Assembly: GCA_964635715.1 (NCBI GenBank)
Contig: CAZWNZ010000001.1
Location: 74,358 to 138,357, forward strand
Source of the DNA: an uncultured Gammaproteobacteria bacterium
GTDB taxonomy: Bacteria > Patescibacteriota > Microgenomatia > UBA8517
DNA length: 64,000 nucleotides
Direction of reading: 5' to 3'
The translations under genes were made by a program, and so were the position numbers. Shown piece by piece: positions 63,355-64,000 of the stretch. The notes beneath the pieces were generated by a model, which had not been told where the DNA came from, searched no databases, and was given only the letters and a program-made list of their open reading frames with translations. Each line of letters opens with the position of its first letter. Positions within the stretch are counted from its first letter, which is position 1.

Positions 63355-63866
63355 AGTTCCGGTATTGTCGGGTTAAGTATATATGTTGCGTCGCCAAAAA
63401 TTAATCGTCCAAAAATAGCTGCCAAGACTAACGCTCCTGCTGCAACCAATAGACCAACTGCCGTTTGCCAGATTTTTGCCCAAGCTCCGGCGACTTTTTT
63501 GGGATCATCACCTGCAGAGAGGAAAGAGTATCCTGCAAGAATAAAATTAATAAGTGCATAGACTCCGGCGCCGGCTATTAAGATCCAAATAGCATACTGG
63601 ATTACTGTCCCAATAGCCGTACCCGGATTATCCCCATATTTGGATAATGCCGCTGGGGTGTCAATTTTTCCAAATGGGTTGTTGCTGGTGCCGCCTGAGC
63701 CAGTGTTTGATATACAACAATGTGCACTACAATAATATCCGGAGCCACACTCAGAAGAAGTGCTGCATTCGTATGGATAACATGCCGCCCGAATACTATT
63801 AGTCTGCAGTAATAGGAAAAAGCCAAAACTTAAAAGTATATAAAGGAATTTGGTTGTTATTTTCAT
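63351..63866 (-). CDS. VirB2/TrbC-like pilin, paralog 5, with signal peptide and extra Cys-rich N-terminal module
   Basis: AACYPYECSTSSECGSGYYCSAHCCIS followed by the pilin core FLSAGDDPKKVAGAWAKIWQTAVGL. Confidence 0.5.
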   Translation of the reverse strand: MKITTKFLYILLSFGFFLLLQTNSIRAACYPYECSTSSECGSGYYCSAHCCISNTGSGGTSNNPFGKIDTPAALSKYGDNPGTAIGTVIQYAIWILIAGAGVYALINFILAGYSFLSAGDDPKKVAGAWAKIWQTAVGLLVAAGALVLAAIFGRLIFGDATYILNPTIPEL

Positions 63867-63870
63867 TTGT

Positions 63871-64000
63871 TTAGATAATATCAGGCATTCCTAACAGTTG
63901 TCCGATCAATTTTACTATCCAATAGGATGCAAACACAACAACAAGGCCGATTACAGCAGAGGTAATAGTCTTTTTGGCTTGTTCATTCTTTTGAGGATCG
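63871..64000 (-). CDS. VirB2/TrbC-like pilin, paralog 6 (3' part only; truncated by the window edge)
   Basis: Reverse translation DPQKNEQAKKTITSAVIGLVVVFASYWIVKLIGQLLGMPDII*. Confidence 0.45.
   Translation of the reverse strand, partial: DPQKNEQAKKTITSAVIGLVVVFASYWIVKLIGQLLGMPDII

Noticed and set aside
62336-63376. Plus-strand ORFs 62336..62605, 62598..63002 and 62990..63376
   Set aside because: They are antisense shadows of the minus-strand pilin genes, which have coherent paralogous signatures

Overview
This is a low-GC chromosomal segment that looks like a Candidate Phyla Radiation (Patescibacteria-type) bacterium: reduced and gene-dense, with frequent ATGA start/stop overlaps. The left ~44 kb is core genome. 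It carries two UvrD-family helicases, a tandem FemAB pair, RmuC and MetRS, and a cell-envelope glycosylation block (GT2, UXS-like epimerase, three GT-C membrane transferases, a WecA/MraY-like transferase and a UbiA-family DPPR-synthase homolog). It also carries tRNA-Cys, an M23 peptidase, groES-groEL with a CIRCE operator, an ABC solute-binding protein, VanW, a TsaC-TsaE fusion with tsaD, ValRS, L25, a DUF4012 giant protein and RNase HI. The replication-origin neighbourhood reads rpmH-rnpA-yidD-yidC-jag | dnaA-dnaN, with DnaA boxes on both sides of dnaA. Immediately after dnaN (44.8-64 kb) sits an accessory locus with type IV secretion system (T4SS)-like genes. These are a VirB3-like membrane protein, a four-helix-bundle (Avd / 23S-IVS family) protein, a VirB4 ATPase split into two ORFs, a giant multi-TM M23 hydrolase, a VirB6/TrbL-like polytopic protein, a Cys-repeat secreted protein and at least six tandem VirB2/TrbC-like pilin paralogs. 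Embedded in it are a YcaO cyclodehydratase and a SagB-type dehydrogenase, followed by an ORF ending in ...SSYSSSDHDSDVGCCCCSAN, plus a divergent GC-richer 911-aa orphan. Short arrays of degenerate heptanucleotide tandem repeats (GAATYTT / AAGATTC family) occur at 14 or more sites, several in-frame inside conserved genes. All calls are from reading the sequence by eye; no database searches were run.
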